Positions 1 to 9,185 of a DNA stretch of 64,000 nucleotides are shown one piece after another (position 1 is the first letter of the stretch; each line of letters starts with the position of its first letter). Under the pieces are notes generated by a model, which ran no database searches, had not been told where the DNA came from, and worked only from the letters and a program-made list of their open reading frames with translations. A program made the translations under genes and the position numbers. Source of the stretch: a virus; IMG/VR virus record IMGVR_UViG_3300037258_000161, positions 1-64,000 of that record. One strand, 5' to 3'.

Positions 1-327
1 CTCCCCCGCGTAGATATACCCCCCCCTACCCCCCGAGCCCGGCGACGGACGAGGCGCTACGACTACGACGGCGACCTGGACTTCCTCCGCTTCTGGGAGG
101 TCTTCCCGATCAGGAAGGGCAAGCCCGAGGCATACGAGGCGTGGCTGGCCGCGAAGTCCCGCGGTGCCGATCCCGAGGTCATCATCGCGGCGGCCAAGCG
201 CTACGCCGAGGACCCGAACCGCAATCCCGCCAAGACGAAATACCCGCAGGGCTGGCTCAACGGCGAGCGCTACAGCGACGAGCCGGCCAGCGCCGACAAC
301 CCGAGCGAAAGGCACTACGAGTTCTGA
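1..327 (+). CDS. C-terminal part of phage replication initiator-like protein (5' truncated)
   Basis: Frame 1 is open from base 1: FLRFWEVFPIRKGKPEAYEAW...KYPQGWLNGERYSDE, the FW..YP.K..K / P..WLN..R..DE pattern of phage replisome organisers. TGA overlaps the next ATG. Not in the ORF track. Confidence 0.7.
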   Translation, partial: LPRVDIPPPTPRARRRTRRYDYDGDLDFLRFWEVFPIRKGKPEAYEAWLAAKSRGADPEVIIAAAKRYAEDPNRNPAKTKYPQGWLNGERYSDEPASADNPSERHYEF

Positions 328-1973
328 TGGACGTACTCCGCGAGATCGTGCTGCCCAAGCTCCAGGGCGTCCGGAAGTCGGGCGGATCATTCATGGCCCG
401 CTGCCCCGTCCCGGCCCACGAGGACTCCAAGGCGAGCCTGTCGCTCACCACGGGCAAGGATCACCCGGTGGTGTTCACGTGCCACGCCGGGTGCGAACGT
501 GACGACATCCTCGCCGCCATCGGGCTCACGTGGGACGACCTGTGCAAGCCACGGGAGAGCGATAGCCGCCAGGATGAGTGGACGCCCTACGGTGCAGCTC
601 AGGCGGTCTACCCGTATCACGACGAGTCCGGCACGCTGCTGTTCCAGGTGCTCCGGGCTCCGGGCAAGAGATTCGTCCAGCGCAGGCCCGACCAGACCGC
701 GAAGTCTGGCTGGGCGTACAAGCTCGACGACACCCGCCGCGTCCTGTTCCACCTGCCGAAGCTGATCGAGGATCTTCGCGACGGCTCCGAGGTATGGATC
801 GCGGAAGGCGAGAAGGACGTCCTCGCGCTTGAGCGGCACGGCTGCACCGCCACGTGCAATCCGGGCGGTGCCGGCAAGTGGCGCGAGCAGTACACCGAAG
901 TGCTCCGCGACGCCATCGTCCACATCGTCGCCGACCGTGACGAGCCCGGCCAGCGTCACGCCCGGCAGGTGTTCGCCAGCCTGCAAGGCGTGGCCGCAGC
1001 TGTCGAGATCGTGGAAGCAGCGGGGGAGGGCCTGCCGGGCGGCGGCAGGATCAAGGACGCCGCCGACCACTTCGCCGCGGGCCACACGACTGCGGACTTC
1101 GTTGTCACGCACCAGGAGAACGACCCGGTGCCCGACCTCGCACCCGACCTGCACGAGTTCCTTGCGGTAGACGACCCGCCCTACGACTGGCTCATCCCGC
1201 AGATTCTTGAGCGCGGTGACCGGCTCATCTGGACTGGCGGGGAGGGATCCGGAAAGTCGGTCTGCGTGAGGATCCTCTGCGTCGCCGCCGCGGCCGGGCT
1301 GCACCCCTTCAGGACGGCGAGCATCAGGCCCTGCAAGGTGCTGTTCATCGACCTGGAGAACAGCGAGCGGAAGACGCGCAAGCACTTCCGCGTCCTTGAG
1401 CGCGTAGCGCGGATCCGCGGCCAGCGAGTACCGGACGGCAACCTCCGGATCATCTGCCGGCCCGAGGGGATCAACGTCCTCAGCGACGACGGCGCTGCAT
1501 GGCTGCTGGAGCGCGTGACCGCCCACAAACCTGACGTGCTCTACATCGGGTCGTTCTACCGCATGCATGAGGCGGACATGAACGACGAGCGGGCCGCACG
1601 GAAGGTCACCGTCGTCCTGGATCACTGCCGGGCGCGGAGCGGCTGTGCCGTGGTCACCGAAGCACATTCCCCCCACGGCGACGGGATCACCCGGGCCGTG
1701 CGCCCGATCGGCTCAAGCCTGCTCATGCGCTGGCCCGAGCTCGGATACGGCATCCGCCCCGCCGCGGACTCCGAGCGCTCCGAGTCCGGCCATCACACGA
1801 AGGTTGACGTGGTGGCGTGGCGCGGCGCCCGGGACGACGACTACCGCTGGCCGAAGCAGCTCACCTGGGGATACAGCGACGGGGGCGACTGGCCGTGGAC
1901 TGACCCCACACAGCCCACCCTGCGCATCGCGCCTGACCACTCTGACCGCTACGACGAGACCGGCACCGACTAA
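327..1973 (+). CDS. DNA primase-helicase (Zn-binding + TOPRIM + RepA/AAA_25-type helicase)
   Basis: CPVPAHED...CHAGC Zn motif; TOPRIM EGEKD and DRD; Walker A GGEGSGKS. Start at the TGATG overlap (327), not 141. Confidence 0.85.
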   Translation: MDVLREIVLPKLQGVRKSGGSFMARCPVPAHEDSKASLSLTTGKDHPVVFTCHAGCERDDILAAIGLTWDDLCKPRESDSRQDEWTPYGAAQAVYPYHDESGTLLFQVLRAPGKRFVQRRPDQTAKSGWAYKLDDTRRVLFHLPKLIEDLRDGSEVWIAEGEKDVLALERHGCTATCNPGGAGKWREQYTEVLRDAIVHIVADRDEPGQRHARQVFASLQGVAAAVEIVEAAGEGLPGGGRIKDAADHFAAGHTTADFVVTHQENDPVPDLAPDLHEFLAVDDPPYDWLIPQILERGDRLIWTGGEGSGKSVCVRILCVAAAAGLHPFRTASIRPCKVLFIDLENSERKTRKHFRVLERVARIRGQRVPDGNLRIICRPEGINVLSDDGAAWLLERVTAHKPDVLYIGSFYRMHEADMNDERAARKVTVVLDHCRARSGCAVVTEAHSPHGDGITRAVRPIGSSLLMRWPELGYGIRPAADSERSESGHHTKVDVVAWRGARDDDYRWPKQLTWGYSDGGDWPWTDPTQPTLRIAPDHSDRYDETGTD

Positions 1974-2000
1974 TCAGCTCAGTGAACAAGGAGACATGAC

Positions 2001-2444
2001 ATGGCAGGCGACACCTCAATCACGATCACCGGCAACCTCACGGCGGACCCGGAGATGCGCTACACCCCGAGCGGCGTGGCGGTGGCCAAGTTCACCGTGG
2101 CCAGCACTCCGCGCACGTTCGACAAGCAGTCCAACGAGTTCAAGGACGGCGACACGCTGTTCCTCGGCTGCAACGTGTGGCGCCAGGCCGCGGAGAACGC
2201 AGCCGAGTCCCTCCAGCGCGGCATGCGCGTCATCGTCCACGGCAGGCTCCGCCAGCGGTCCTACGAAACCAAGGAGGGCGAGAAGCGCACCGTCTACGAG
2301 GTTGAGGTGGACGAGGTCGGCCCGTCGCTCCGCAGCGCCACGGCGAAGGTGATCAAGGCCAGCCGTGACAAGCCTGCAGCGCCGCAGACCGGATCCGACC
2401 CGTGGGCCGCAGATGGGGGATCCAGTGACACCCCGCCGTTCTGA
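2001..2444 (+). CDS. ssb: single-stranded DNA-binding protein
   Basis: [35 protein letters not shown], acidic tail DTPPF; AGGAG SD. Confidence 0.97.
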   Translation: MAGDTSITITGNLTADPEMRYTPSGVAVAKFTVASTPRTFDKQSNEFKDGDTLFLGCNVWRQAAENAAESLQRGMRVIVHGRLRQRSYETKEGEKRTVYEVEVDEVGPSLRSATAKVIKASRDKPAAPQTGSDPWAADGGSSDTPPF

Positions 2445-2625
2445 TGCCCTCGAGGCGGACGCCGGGCCGCTGCCCCGCATCACGCCCTGGCGGGCCACGT
2501 GCAACCGGCTCGTCCTCGACGCCGCGGTCCGGGCCTACGACCAGCGCCACGGCCGCACATCCCGCCGCCGTTCGGCCCGCATCCCGAAGGTGCAGCCGTC
2601 ACGGCAGGAAGCGAGCGCAGCGGCA

Positions 2626-2792
2626 TGAACCCCGACACCTTCGACCGCTACGCCGAGCTACGCCAGCGCAGTGAGGACGCCGAGTGCTCGGCCCTGCGCC
2701 TCCGCCTCGGTGAGGACGATGCCCGCCAGTACGAGGCGGCCTACCAGCGGAGCAGGGCAAACCATCACCAACGGCAACGAGCAGCAGCATGA
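2626..2792 (+). CDS. small hypothetical protein
   Basis: ATG MNPDTFDRY...; stop overlaps the next start (ATGA). Confidence 0.5.
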
Positions 2793-3034
2793 GCGCCGGA
2801 AGGAAACACGTCATGGGCAAACTCCGCTGGTGGATCGCCACCCAGCTGGACCGCCTGCCCGGCCAGTGCTGGGCCGACCTGGTCTCCTGGGCGCTCAGCT
2901 GGCCCGGCGGCGAGAAGCGACCGCTCTGGTCACCCGTCGGGGACGCCTGCCGCCGTGACGCCGCGGAGTGCGGCACCTGCTACTGCGGGAAGCTCCGGGC
3001 GCCGGTGGCCGAGGACGCCACGGTGCCCGCATGA
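2789..3034 (+). CDS. small Cys-rich hypothetical protein
   Basis: ATGA coupling on both sides; C..CYC motif. Confidence 0.6.
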   Translation: MSAGRKHVMGKLRWWIATQLDRLPGQCWADLVSWALSWPGGEKRPLWSPVGDACRRDAAECGTCYCGKLRAPVAEDATVPA

Positions 3035-3213
3035 GCGCCATCGCCGACGCCGTGACCGCACTGCGCACCAGGACCGCGGCCGTCCCCGGCTTCAGCCCGT
3101 CCCTCGCCAGCCTCCTGGAAGCCTGCGCCGGTGACCCAGGCGAGGCCGGGAAACTCGCTCACGCTGTGGCTGAGGACGTCCTGGGGCCACGTGGCAGGGA
3201 GGACGAGGCATGA
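3031..3213 (+). CDS. hypothetical protein
   Basis: ATGA-coupled, MSAIADAVTAL. Confidence 0.55.
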   Translation: MSAIADAVTALRTRTAAVPGFSPSLASLLEACAGDPGEAGKLAHAVAEDVLGPRGREDEA

Positions 3214-3503
3214 TCGCGCTCCTTGTCCTCGCCGCGTTCGTGGCACTCCTGGCGGCCACGGTGGCCGGGATCAGCCTCGCCACCCGCAACCCCCGGCTCA
3301 GGGCCCGCACGCGCGACCTGGAGGCCGGATACAGGGAGCTGTACGCGCTCGCCCGCCGCCTCCAGGACTGGTCGGCCGAAGCGCTGGACGACCCGCAGCG
3401 CCGCGTCGTCTACGACGAGGTCATGCGGGTGACCGGCACCGGAACTCCCGCGGGGGACAAGCTCCGCGGGCTAGCAGGAAAGGACGGGCCGCATGGCCTA
3501 TGA
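3210..3503 (+). CDS. membrane-anchored hypothetical protein
   Basis: N-terminal hydrophobic helix; coupled start. Confidence 0.6.
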   Translation: MIALLVLAAFVALLAATVAGISLATRNPRLRARTRDLEAGYRELYALARRLQDWSAEALDDPQRRVVYDEVMRVTGTGTPAGDKLRGLAGKDGPHGL

Positions 3504-3921
3504 CTCAGGCGGCACGGCCCGCATCCTGGGGATGACCGTTGCCGTGTTCGCATCCGTGGCAGCCGGGGTGATCCTGCTCGCCGCCCTGTTCATCGGACTG
3601 TGGCAGGCCGGCTGGATATTCACCCAGGCCAACGTGAATCGCACCGACCGCGTCACCCAGCAGGGCTACGCGAACCAGTCCGCCTTGCAGGCGCAGGTGT
3701 CGGCCGGGTTCACCAGCATCGCCAGCGAGCAGGCCGACGAGCAGAAGAACCCTGGGAACGTGGCGTTCGACCAGCCGCAGATCATCTCCCAGGCCGGCCA
3801 GATCTGCCAGCAGCTGCCGCAGTTCGCCCCCGGCTACCCCGTCAACTCCCAGTGGCGCAGCTGGGGCAACGCGAACTGCGCTGACGGTGCCCTGAGTGCG
3901 ACCTCCGCGCTCAGGAATTGA
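3493..3921 (+). CDS. membrane-anchored exported protein
   Basis: One N-terminal TM helix, then a Gln-rich domain with two Cys. Confidence 0.7.
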   Translation: MAYDSGGTARILGMTVAVFASVAAGVILLAALFIGLWQAGWIFTQANVNRTDRVTQQGYANQSALQAQVSAGFTSIASEQADEQKNPGNVAFDQPQIISQAGQICQQLPQFAPGYPVNSQWRSWGNANCADGALSATSALRN

Positions 3922-3941
3922 CAACAATGAAGGGATCGACG

Positions 3942-4565
3942 ATGAAGATCAGCAGACGGGGGACCGTCGCCGCAGTGGCCGTGTCCGGCCTCGCAGTACT
4001 GGCGCTCGCAGGCTGCACTGGCAGCGGCAGCGGAGGAAACGCGGCCGAGTCCGCGACGTCGCGGCAGGATCTGTCCACCTACGAGCAGGTCCAGCCCGCG
4101 CCGCACTTCCCGTACTCCGACATCCGGCAGACGATGATCGACGTGCAGGCGTCCCAGGCGCTGGGTGAGCAGACGACGAGCTTCTTCTTCAACATGGGGG
4201 CGCAGGACCCGTACTTCACGTGCCCGTCCAAGGGCGACCCGGTGCCGAACACGAGCCAGCTCACCAACCCGGACCAGGTGCAGAGCCTGGCGGTCCCGCA
4301 CTCCGGGGGCGCAGCGGTCACGATCGGGAACATTGACCCGAACGGCCTGTACTCGCCGAGCGCGTCGGACGGCACGAACGTCATGTGCCTCACGTCGGCC
4401 GGTACGGCTTACCTCGTGTATGCGGAGGGCCCGGTGACGACGTTCAACGCCCCGGCGCACTGGGACTACGGCAAGCACCAGCCGGTGATCTCCGGTGCCC
4501 CGGCGATGCCCACCTGCACCGTGCAGACCGTCAAGGGCAAGAAGCAGAGCGTCTGCGCCAAGTGA
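3942..4565 (+). CDS. lipoprotein
   Basis: MKISRR + hydrophobic stretch + lipobox LAGC; paired Cys. Confidence 0.8.
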   Translation: MKISRRGTVAAVAVSGLAVLALAGCTGSGSGGNAAESATSRQDLSTYEQVQPAPHFPYSDIRQTMIDVQASQALGEQTTSFFFNMGAQDPYFTCPSKGDPVPNTSQLTNPDQVQSLAVPHSGGAAVTIGNIDPNGLYSPSASDGTNVMCLTSAGTAYLVYAEGPVTTFNAPAHWDYGKHQPVISGAPAMPTCTVQTVKGKKQSVCAK

Positions 4566-4576
4566 GCCCGGTACCG

Positions 4577-4604
4577 GGACCGGCCGGCTTAACCGCGGCC
4601 GGTC
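4577..4604 (+). terminator. GC hairpin after the lipoprotein gene
   Basis: GACCGGCCG...CGGCCGGTC inverted repeat; no U-tract. Confidence 0.4.
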
Positions 4605-4654
4605 ACGGCTACCCAGCGTGAGCAACGGCAACCGCACCGACGAGAGGAACGAGC

Positions 4655-5548
4655 ATGCCTGACACCACCACCAGAGCCCAGGAGACCCCGGAGGGAGTGA
4701 AGCGCTGGCGCAGGATCCCAGCCGAGCCCGAAGTCCAGGCCGTGCAGCTCCTGGATGCGGACGACCTCGACTGGTACGCCATCGCCGCCTGGTGTGGCGG
4801 TGAAGTCGGAGTGCAGGCCGTCGGGGACTCGGGCGAGTTCGACTCCTACATCGAGATCCCGGGCCAGGAGCGCTGTGCATTCGAGGGTGCCTGGATCGTC
4901 AGGAGTGCCGCTGGCTTCCGGGTGATCGAGGACTTCGTGTTCGCGGAAACCTACGAGGCTGCCGCTGGCGGCCCGCAGACCGCACCCCACGCTCACGAGT
5001 TCCCCTGCCAGCCCCCAGACGGCGATCTCCTGGCCCCAGGGGACTGCCTGGTATGCGGGAAGCCCTACGCCCTGGACGTGGCGCAGAAGCGGGCAGCAGA
5101 GGCCGGGATGGTGCTCGTGGACCCGGACCAGGCTGACGAGGCCGCCCGGCTCAAGGCCGAGCTTTCCCGCGTCCAGTCCGCCGCTCAGACGCTCGGCAAG
5201 ATCGTCACCCGGCACGCGCAGTCAATGGAAGCCGCCCGCATCGAGATGTTCCAGAACGGCCCTGAGGCCGCGATGCAGTGGATTCTCAACTCACTGCCCG
5301 ATGTCTCCGACGAAGCCCCCGAAGACCAGTGGGATGGCAAGGAGACGGCAACGCAGTGGATCGACCGCACGCAGGCTGCCGACAGGGCGGCGGACGCGGC
5401 GGAGCCACAGTATGCGGCGGAGGCGCCCCGGGTGCTCGTGGACCCGGAAGACCTGCGGACGCTCCTGAAGGTCAATCACAGGTTCGCCTACGAGGCCGAG
5501 ATCGACGCCCGTGACCGGCTCGCTGCTGCGGTCGGGGTGGAGCGGTGA
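4655..5548 (+). CDS. hypothetical phage protein (mosaic, multi-module)
   Basis: GAGG SD, GC3-biased codons; GTGA overlap with the next gene. Confidence 0.7.
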   Translation: MPDTTTRAQETPEGVKRWRRIPAEPEVQAVQLLDADDLDWYAIAAWCGGEVGVQAVGDSGEFDSYIEIPGQERCAFEGAWIVRSAAGFRVIEDFVFAETYEAAAGGPQTAPHAHEFPCQPPDGDLLAPGDCLVCGKPYALDVAQKRAAEAGMVLVDPDQADEAARLKAELSRVQSAAQTLGKIVTRHAQSMEAARIEMFQNGPEAAMQWILNSLPDVSDEAPEDQWDGKETATQWIDRTQAADRAADAAEPQYAAEAPRVLVDPEDLRTLLKVNHRFAYEAEIDARDRLAAAVGVER

Positions 5549-5817
5549 GCGCCCCGAAGCGCAAGCGCACCTTCCGCGGCTACAAGAATGAGGCCCATGT
5601 CTGCGACCTCGGCTACCACGAGGGCGTCCCGATGGTGACGCCGCTGGCCACGACACCGGACTGCGAGCCGCACACATCGCATCCCAGGGACTATGTGGCC
5701 CATTCCGAATGGGCCGACCTGATGATGAAGACGCACGCCCAGCGCCAGTGCCGGGGATGTAAGCGATGGGCCATCTGGGAGCCGAAGAAGTCGGCTGCTG
5801 CGGGGGTGAAGGCGTGA
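5545..5817 (+). CDS. hypothetical protein (His/Cys-rich)
   Basis: Coupled; H...QCRGCKRWAIW. Confidence 0.6.
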   Translation: MSAPKRKRTFRGYKNEAHVCDLGYHEGVPMVTPLATTPDCEPHTSHPRDYVAHSEWADLMMKTHAQRQCRGCKRWAIWEPKKSAAAGVKA

Positions 5818-6152
5818 GCTACGTGCGGTTCAGCGACGAGTCCGAGGTCTATCTGATCGGGACTAAGGCCGAGGGCGACGCTCACGTCATCGAGTGCTGC
5901 GGCTGCAGGCTCACCGCCGACGTCCGCAAAGCCCGCACCGATGAGGAACGCGCCCAGGTGGCGGACATCAGCATCTCGCTAACGGAGGCGGACCCTGCCG
6001 ATCTGGAATGGGACTGGGGCCCGGTCCAGCATTTCACGGCGGGCCCGGATGCGCTGGCGCACCTGCAAGCGCACCGCGAGGCTGGCCACAGGGTGCCGGA
6101 CTCTGCGTTCGACCGCATCCGGACCGACGACTGGCTGGCAGGTGCCCGGTGA
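5814..6152 (+). CDS. hypothetical phage protein
   Basis: GTGA-coupled start MSYVRFSDESEVY; CCGC and HL..HR..GH.VP motifs. Confidence 0.65.
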   Translation: MSYVRFSDESEVYLIGTKAEGDAHVIECCGCRLTADVRKARTDEERAQVADISISLTEADPADLEWDWGPVQHFTAGPDALAHLQAHREAGHRVPDSAFDRIRTDDWLAGAR

Positions 6153-6466
6153 ATAGCACCGAGGGAGTGATCCGCCGCTCCGCCACACGCATCCAGCTGA
6201 TCAACGCCCTGCGCGAGGTAGAGCCGGGAGGCATGACCAGGGTCCGGTCCCTCGGTGCCCTGGCGAGCCTCATCCTGGACGGCCTGCCAGAGGTCTCCCC
6301 GCCGCCTGTCGGCCTTGTGGAGGCCGCACAGGAAGCCATCCGCCGCGAGCATTCCAGGCGCGGCTGGACGCTGCCCCAGGACTGGTGGTCACGGGAACTC
6401 GCCGGGGCCGTGGTGCGGGCAGTGATGCTGAGTGCTGCTGGAGGAGAGCGGGAGCCGCAGCCGTGA
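6149..6466 (+). CDS. hypothetical protein
   Basis: GTGA coupling at both ends. Confidence 0.55.
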   Translation: MNSTEGVIRRSATRIQLINALREVEPGGMTRVRSLGALASLILDGLPEVSPPPVGLVEAAQEAIRREHSRRGWTLPQDWWSRELAGAVVRAVMLSAAGGEREPQP

Positions 6467-6891
6467 ACGCCGAGGAGATCCCCGCAGCCAAGCCTGAGTG
6501 CGAGCACTACTGGGCGTTCCACTGCTTCGGCGGCCTGAGTGTGCGTCTCTGCAAGCTGTGTCACGAGCCGGACTGGAACGACGTGGCCGGTCAGCTGAGC
6601 GAGGCGGAGCGCAAGGGTGAACTGGCCGAGCGGGCCAAGCTCCAGCCAGCCATTGGCCGGGTGCAGCACCTCGCCACCACCGCGCAGGAGAAGGCCATCG
6701 AGCACGCGGTCCGCGCCGAGCGGAAGCGCATCGCGGAGCAGATTGATCTGCTGGCGGCCGAGTTCGCCACCCCGGACAGTAACGTGGGAACGCTTCGCTA
6801 CCTCGCTGAGCGCGCCACCTTCCCCGCCATACGGGAAGCGCTTCATGGTGCGGCCGAACTGGCACGGCGAGCAGGGGAGCCAGCGTCGTGA
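6463..6891 (+). CDS. hypothetical protein with CxH...CxxC and AERKRI coil
   Basis: GTGA-coupled. Confidence 0.6.
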   Translation: MNAEEIPAAKPECEHYWAFHCFGGLSVRLCKLCHEPDWNDVAGQLSEAERKGELAERAKLQPAIGRVQHLATTAQEKAIEHAVRAERKRIAEQIDLLAAEFATPDSNVGTLRYLAERATFPAIREALHGAAELARRAGEPAS

Positions 6892-7148
6892 CCCGCACCG
6901 GATGGCTCAACTGGCGCGACTACCGCTGGATGTGGGCCTACCGCGGCTTGCAGGCCGTGCTCCTGGCCCTGCTGATCTTTCCCACGTTCGCGGTCTACTG
7001 GCCAGCCGTGGGGATCGTGTGGCTGTTTGAGCGGGTCACCGGCTGGCGGGAGGGCATCTACGTGCGCTGCTACAACCACGACCTCGCCAGGAGAGACGGG
7101 CTGGCCCGCAAGCCGGGTGCGGCGAAGCCGGAAGGGTGGCTGCCGTGA
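6888..7148 (+). CDS. small membrane protein
   Basis: Coupled; hydrophobic central segment. Confidence 0.55.
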   Translation: MTRTGWLNWRDYRWMWAYRGLQAVLLALLIFPTFAVYWPAVGIVWLFERVTGWREGIYVRCYNHDLARRDGLARKPGAAKPEGWLP

Positions 7149-7399
7149 CCCCCGCCGAGATCCCAGACGAGGTGGTCGCCGCGGCCCTGCAGGCCGATCA
7201 CGAGGAAGGCGTGCGCGACGGCAGGAGCTATCACCAGGTCGCGGAGCATCAGGTGCGCAGGCTCATCGCTGGTGCTGTCACGGCTGAGCGGGAACGAATC
7301 ATCCGGCTGGCCGACCGGAACGAGGCTGTCTGTACCGGCGACGAGGGGACGAGCTGCTACTTCTCGGCGCTGATCCGGGAGGTGCCGGCCGATGAGTGA
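7145..7399 (+). CDS. hypothetical protein
   Basis: Coupled; C-terminal AERERIIRLA module. Confidence 0.6.
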   Translation: MTPAEIPDEVVAAALQADHEEGVRDGRSYHQVAEHQVRRLIAGAVTAERERIIRLADRNEAVCTGDEGTSCYFSALIREVPADE

Positions 7400-7742
7400 C
7401 GAGACCCTGCCACCCTGCCCCACCCCTTGTGACGACGACTGCGAACTGAACCCTGACGGCTGCCACGAGAGCCACATCCCCGATCACGGGAACAAGCGGG
7501 GTCACCAGCCGCACGGGTGCCTGGAGATCCGGCGCGCCATCGCTGCAGCTGTCGCGGCCGAGCAGGAGCGCGCCGAGGCTGAGCATGCGGAGTACCTGTC
7601 ACGGCTCACCCAAGAGATGGACGCGACGCTCCGCGACGAGCGGGACCGCATCATCGCGCTGGCCGAGAGGTGCTACGCCACCTGCCAGGACCAGAACGGT
7701 GACAGTTATCCGTTCGCGGATGCTATCCGGGAGCAGCAGTGA
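7392..7742 (+). CDS. hypothetical protein
   Basis: GGAGG SD; Cys/His N-terminus; C-terminal DERDRIIALA module. Confidence 0.6.
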   Translation: MSDETLPPCPTPCDDDCELNPDGCHESHIPDHGNKRGHQPHGCLEIRRAIAAAVAAEQERAEAEHAEYLSRLTQEMDATLRDERDRIIALAERCYATCQDQNGDSYPFADAIREQQ

Positions 7743-7924
7743 CCCCCGCCGAGTACGCAGCCTTCGTCCGCGAGGTCCGCGCCTTCCATGACGACGAGGA
7801 AGCCGCACGCATCATTGAGGCCGCCTGCCATCCGGAGTACAAGCCTCCCCTGCGCATTGACTTGGGACAGGCAAGGGCGGCAGCGAGGAGAGAAGCAGCC
7901 GAGGCCGAGGGTGGTGCGGCGTGA
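7739..7924 (+). CDS. small hypothetical protein
   Basis: GTGA-coupled. Confidence 0.5.
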   Translation: MTPAEYAAFVREVRAFHDDEEAARIIEAACHPEYKPPLRIDLGQARAAARREAAEAEGGAA

Positions 7925-8073
7925 AGCGGGCCCAGTGTGAGCAGCCTTGGATGGCGCTCCCTGGCGACCAGGGACTGCTCGCACTGAGAGGCCACCCGGA
8001 GAACTGGCACTCTTGCGTGCGGCCCTCCGGGCATCCGCCGCCATGCATGTGTTACTGCGGGGGTCGGCCATGA
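7921..8073 (+). CDS. small Cys/His-rich protein (50 aa, not in ORF track)
   Basis: GTGA and ATGA overlaps fill the gap exactly: MKRAQCEQPW...HSC...GHPPPCMCYCGGRP. Confidence 0.5.
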   Translation: MKRAQCEQPWMALPGDQGLLALRGHPENWHSCVRPSGHPPPCMCYCGGRP

Positions 8074-8321
8074 CCGCCCTGGACGGGTGGGCCCCGCCGC
8101 CGGAGGAGTTCCGCCGGCTCGGTTTCAGTGGCCTGTTCACTGCCGAGTCTGAGGCGAGCGCGGAGACGCTGGACATCTGGGAGCCGAGGATGCCGTGCCT
8201 GCTGCCGGGGGACCGCTGGGTGGCACTGCGGGCCGACCGGGAGCGGGGAACCATCACGGTGGTGCGCCGGGATGACTCGGCGATCTGGGAGGCGTTCACA
8301 ACGCGGGGAGGTGCAGCGTGA
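8070..8321 (+). CDS. hypothetical protein
   Basis: ATGA-coupled start MTALDGW. Confidence 0.5.
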   Translation: MTALDGWAPPPEEFRRLGFSGLFTAESEASAETLDIWEPRMPCLLPGDRWVALRADRERGTITVVRRDDSAIWEAFTTRGGAA

Positions 8322-8467
8322 GCACCCGGGTGGTCCGCGACTTCCGGCCCTTCCCTGTCCCGCATGATTCCAGGGAGGCTGCACGGTGGGCACTGAGGAC
8401 GGTACCGGCCGGCCTTGTCCTGGGGTTAGGGCTGGGCTGGCTGATCGGCCACTGGCGGCACAGGTGA
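8318..8467 (+). CDS. small membrane protein (49 aa, not in ORF track)
   Basis: GGAGG SD + GTGA overlap; LVLGLGLGWLIG hydrophobic C-terminus. Confidence 0.5.
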   Translation: MSTRVVRDFRPFPVPHDSREAARWALRTVPAGLVLGLGLGWLIGHWRHR

Positions 8468-8471
8468 GCGA

Positions 8472-8648
8472 TCAGGCGCTGCGAGCCGGCCGCTTCGGCG
8501 GTTCGTCTGTGTCACCGATCCAGAATCGCAGCAGCCCGATCACCAGCGCGTTGACGTCTGTTCCAGTCTCGGTCACGGCGGCTTGCACGCGCTCCCTCAG
8601 TTCTTCCGGCGGTCGTGGTGTGATCGCCCGGTTGCGATGCTTGCCCAT
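8472..8648 (-). CDS. ribbon-helix-helix (Arc/CopG-like) DNA-binding protein
   Basis: ITPRPPEELRERVQAAV...DVNALVIGLLRFW fits the RHH pattern. Confidence 0.7.
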   Translation of the reverse strand: MGKHRNRAITPRPPEELRERVQAAVTETGTDVNALVIGLLRFWIGDTDEPPKRPARSA

Positions 8649-8665
8649 GACAGCGATCTTCGCAT

Positions 8666-8712
8666 AGTGGCTTGCCACTCGTCCAGTCCGGCGATAGGCT
8701 GTGGCTAGCCAC
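8666..8712. promoter_or_regulatory. paired palindromic operators between divergent genes
   Basis: AGTGGCTTGCCACT (8666-8679) and GTGGCTAGCCAC (8701-8712), flanking a TAGGCT -10-like box. Confidence 0.6.
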
Positions 8713-8761
8713 TAGGAAGGTACCTCAGGTGCCCCAGTTGACTGGCGAGGAGGCTGACGCG

Positions 8762-8965
8762 ATGACTGCGGCGCGACCGCTGCTGTTCCTCGACGTTGAC
8801 GGCCCGCTGAACCCGTACGCGGCGGACCACGCCTACGCGGCCGAGCACACCACGGCCCCGTTCCTGCTCCAGTCGGTGAGCCCGCGCGTCGGCCTGCTGG
8901 CTGATGACTTCCGCACGCTGACCGAGTGGGCCCTGAGTATCGAGCCCGCGCCCAAGGAGGGCTAG
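8762..8965 (+). pseudogene. internally deleted HAD phosphatase (Swiss-Army-Knife RNA-repair-like HAD family)
   Basis: PLLFLDVDGPLNPYAA (motif I DxD) joined directly to the family C-terminus (LLQSVSPRVGL..DDF..L.EWA). Motifs II-IV missing; only 67 aa. Confidence 0.65.
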
Positions 8966-8969
8966 AGAG

Positions 8970-9185
8970 ATGGCCGACTACACGAGCCGGACCGTGACGA
9001 CGACCCGCAAGGAGTACGCACTCCGGTCCCCGACCAACTGGGCCGAGGTGGGCAAGGTCATTGCGGTGATCGAGGGGGAACTGTCCGCCAAGCGCACCTA
9101 CGACAACGACGTGACCGTAGAGGCGCGGGACGACGAGATCGTGTTCTGGTTCGACGTGCCCTCTGGCGGGGAGCCCACCCCATGA
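8970..9185 (+). CDS. hypothetical protein
   Basis: SD, GC3 bias, coupled to the next gene. Confidence 0.6.
   Translation: MADYTSRTVTTTRKEYALRSPTNWAEVGKVIAVIEGELSAKRTYDNDVTVEARDDEIVFWFDVPSGGEPTP

Noticed and set aside
387-1676. Long antisense ORFs (also 11127-12335, 43930-45561, 51201-52832, 54573-56237, 61705-62685)
   Set aside because: Shadows of real high-GC genes on the other strand; no motifs or start signals.
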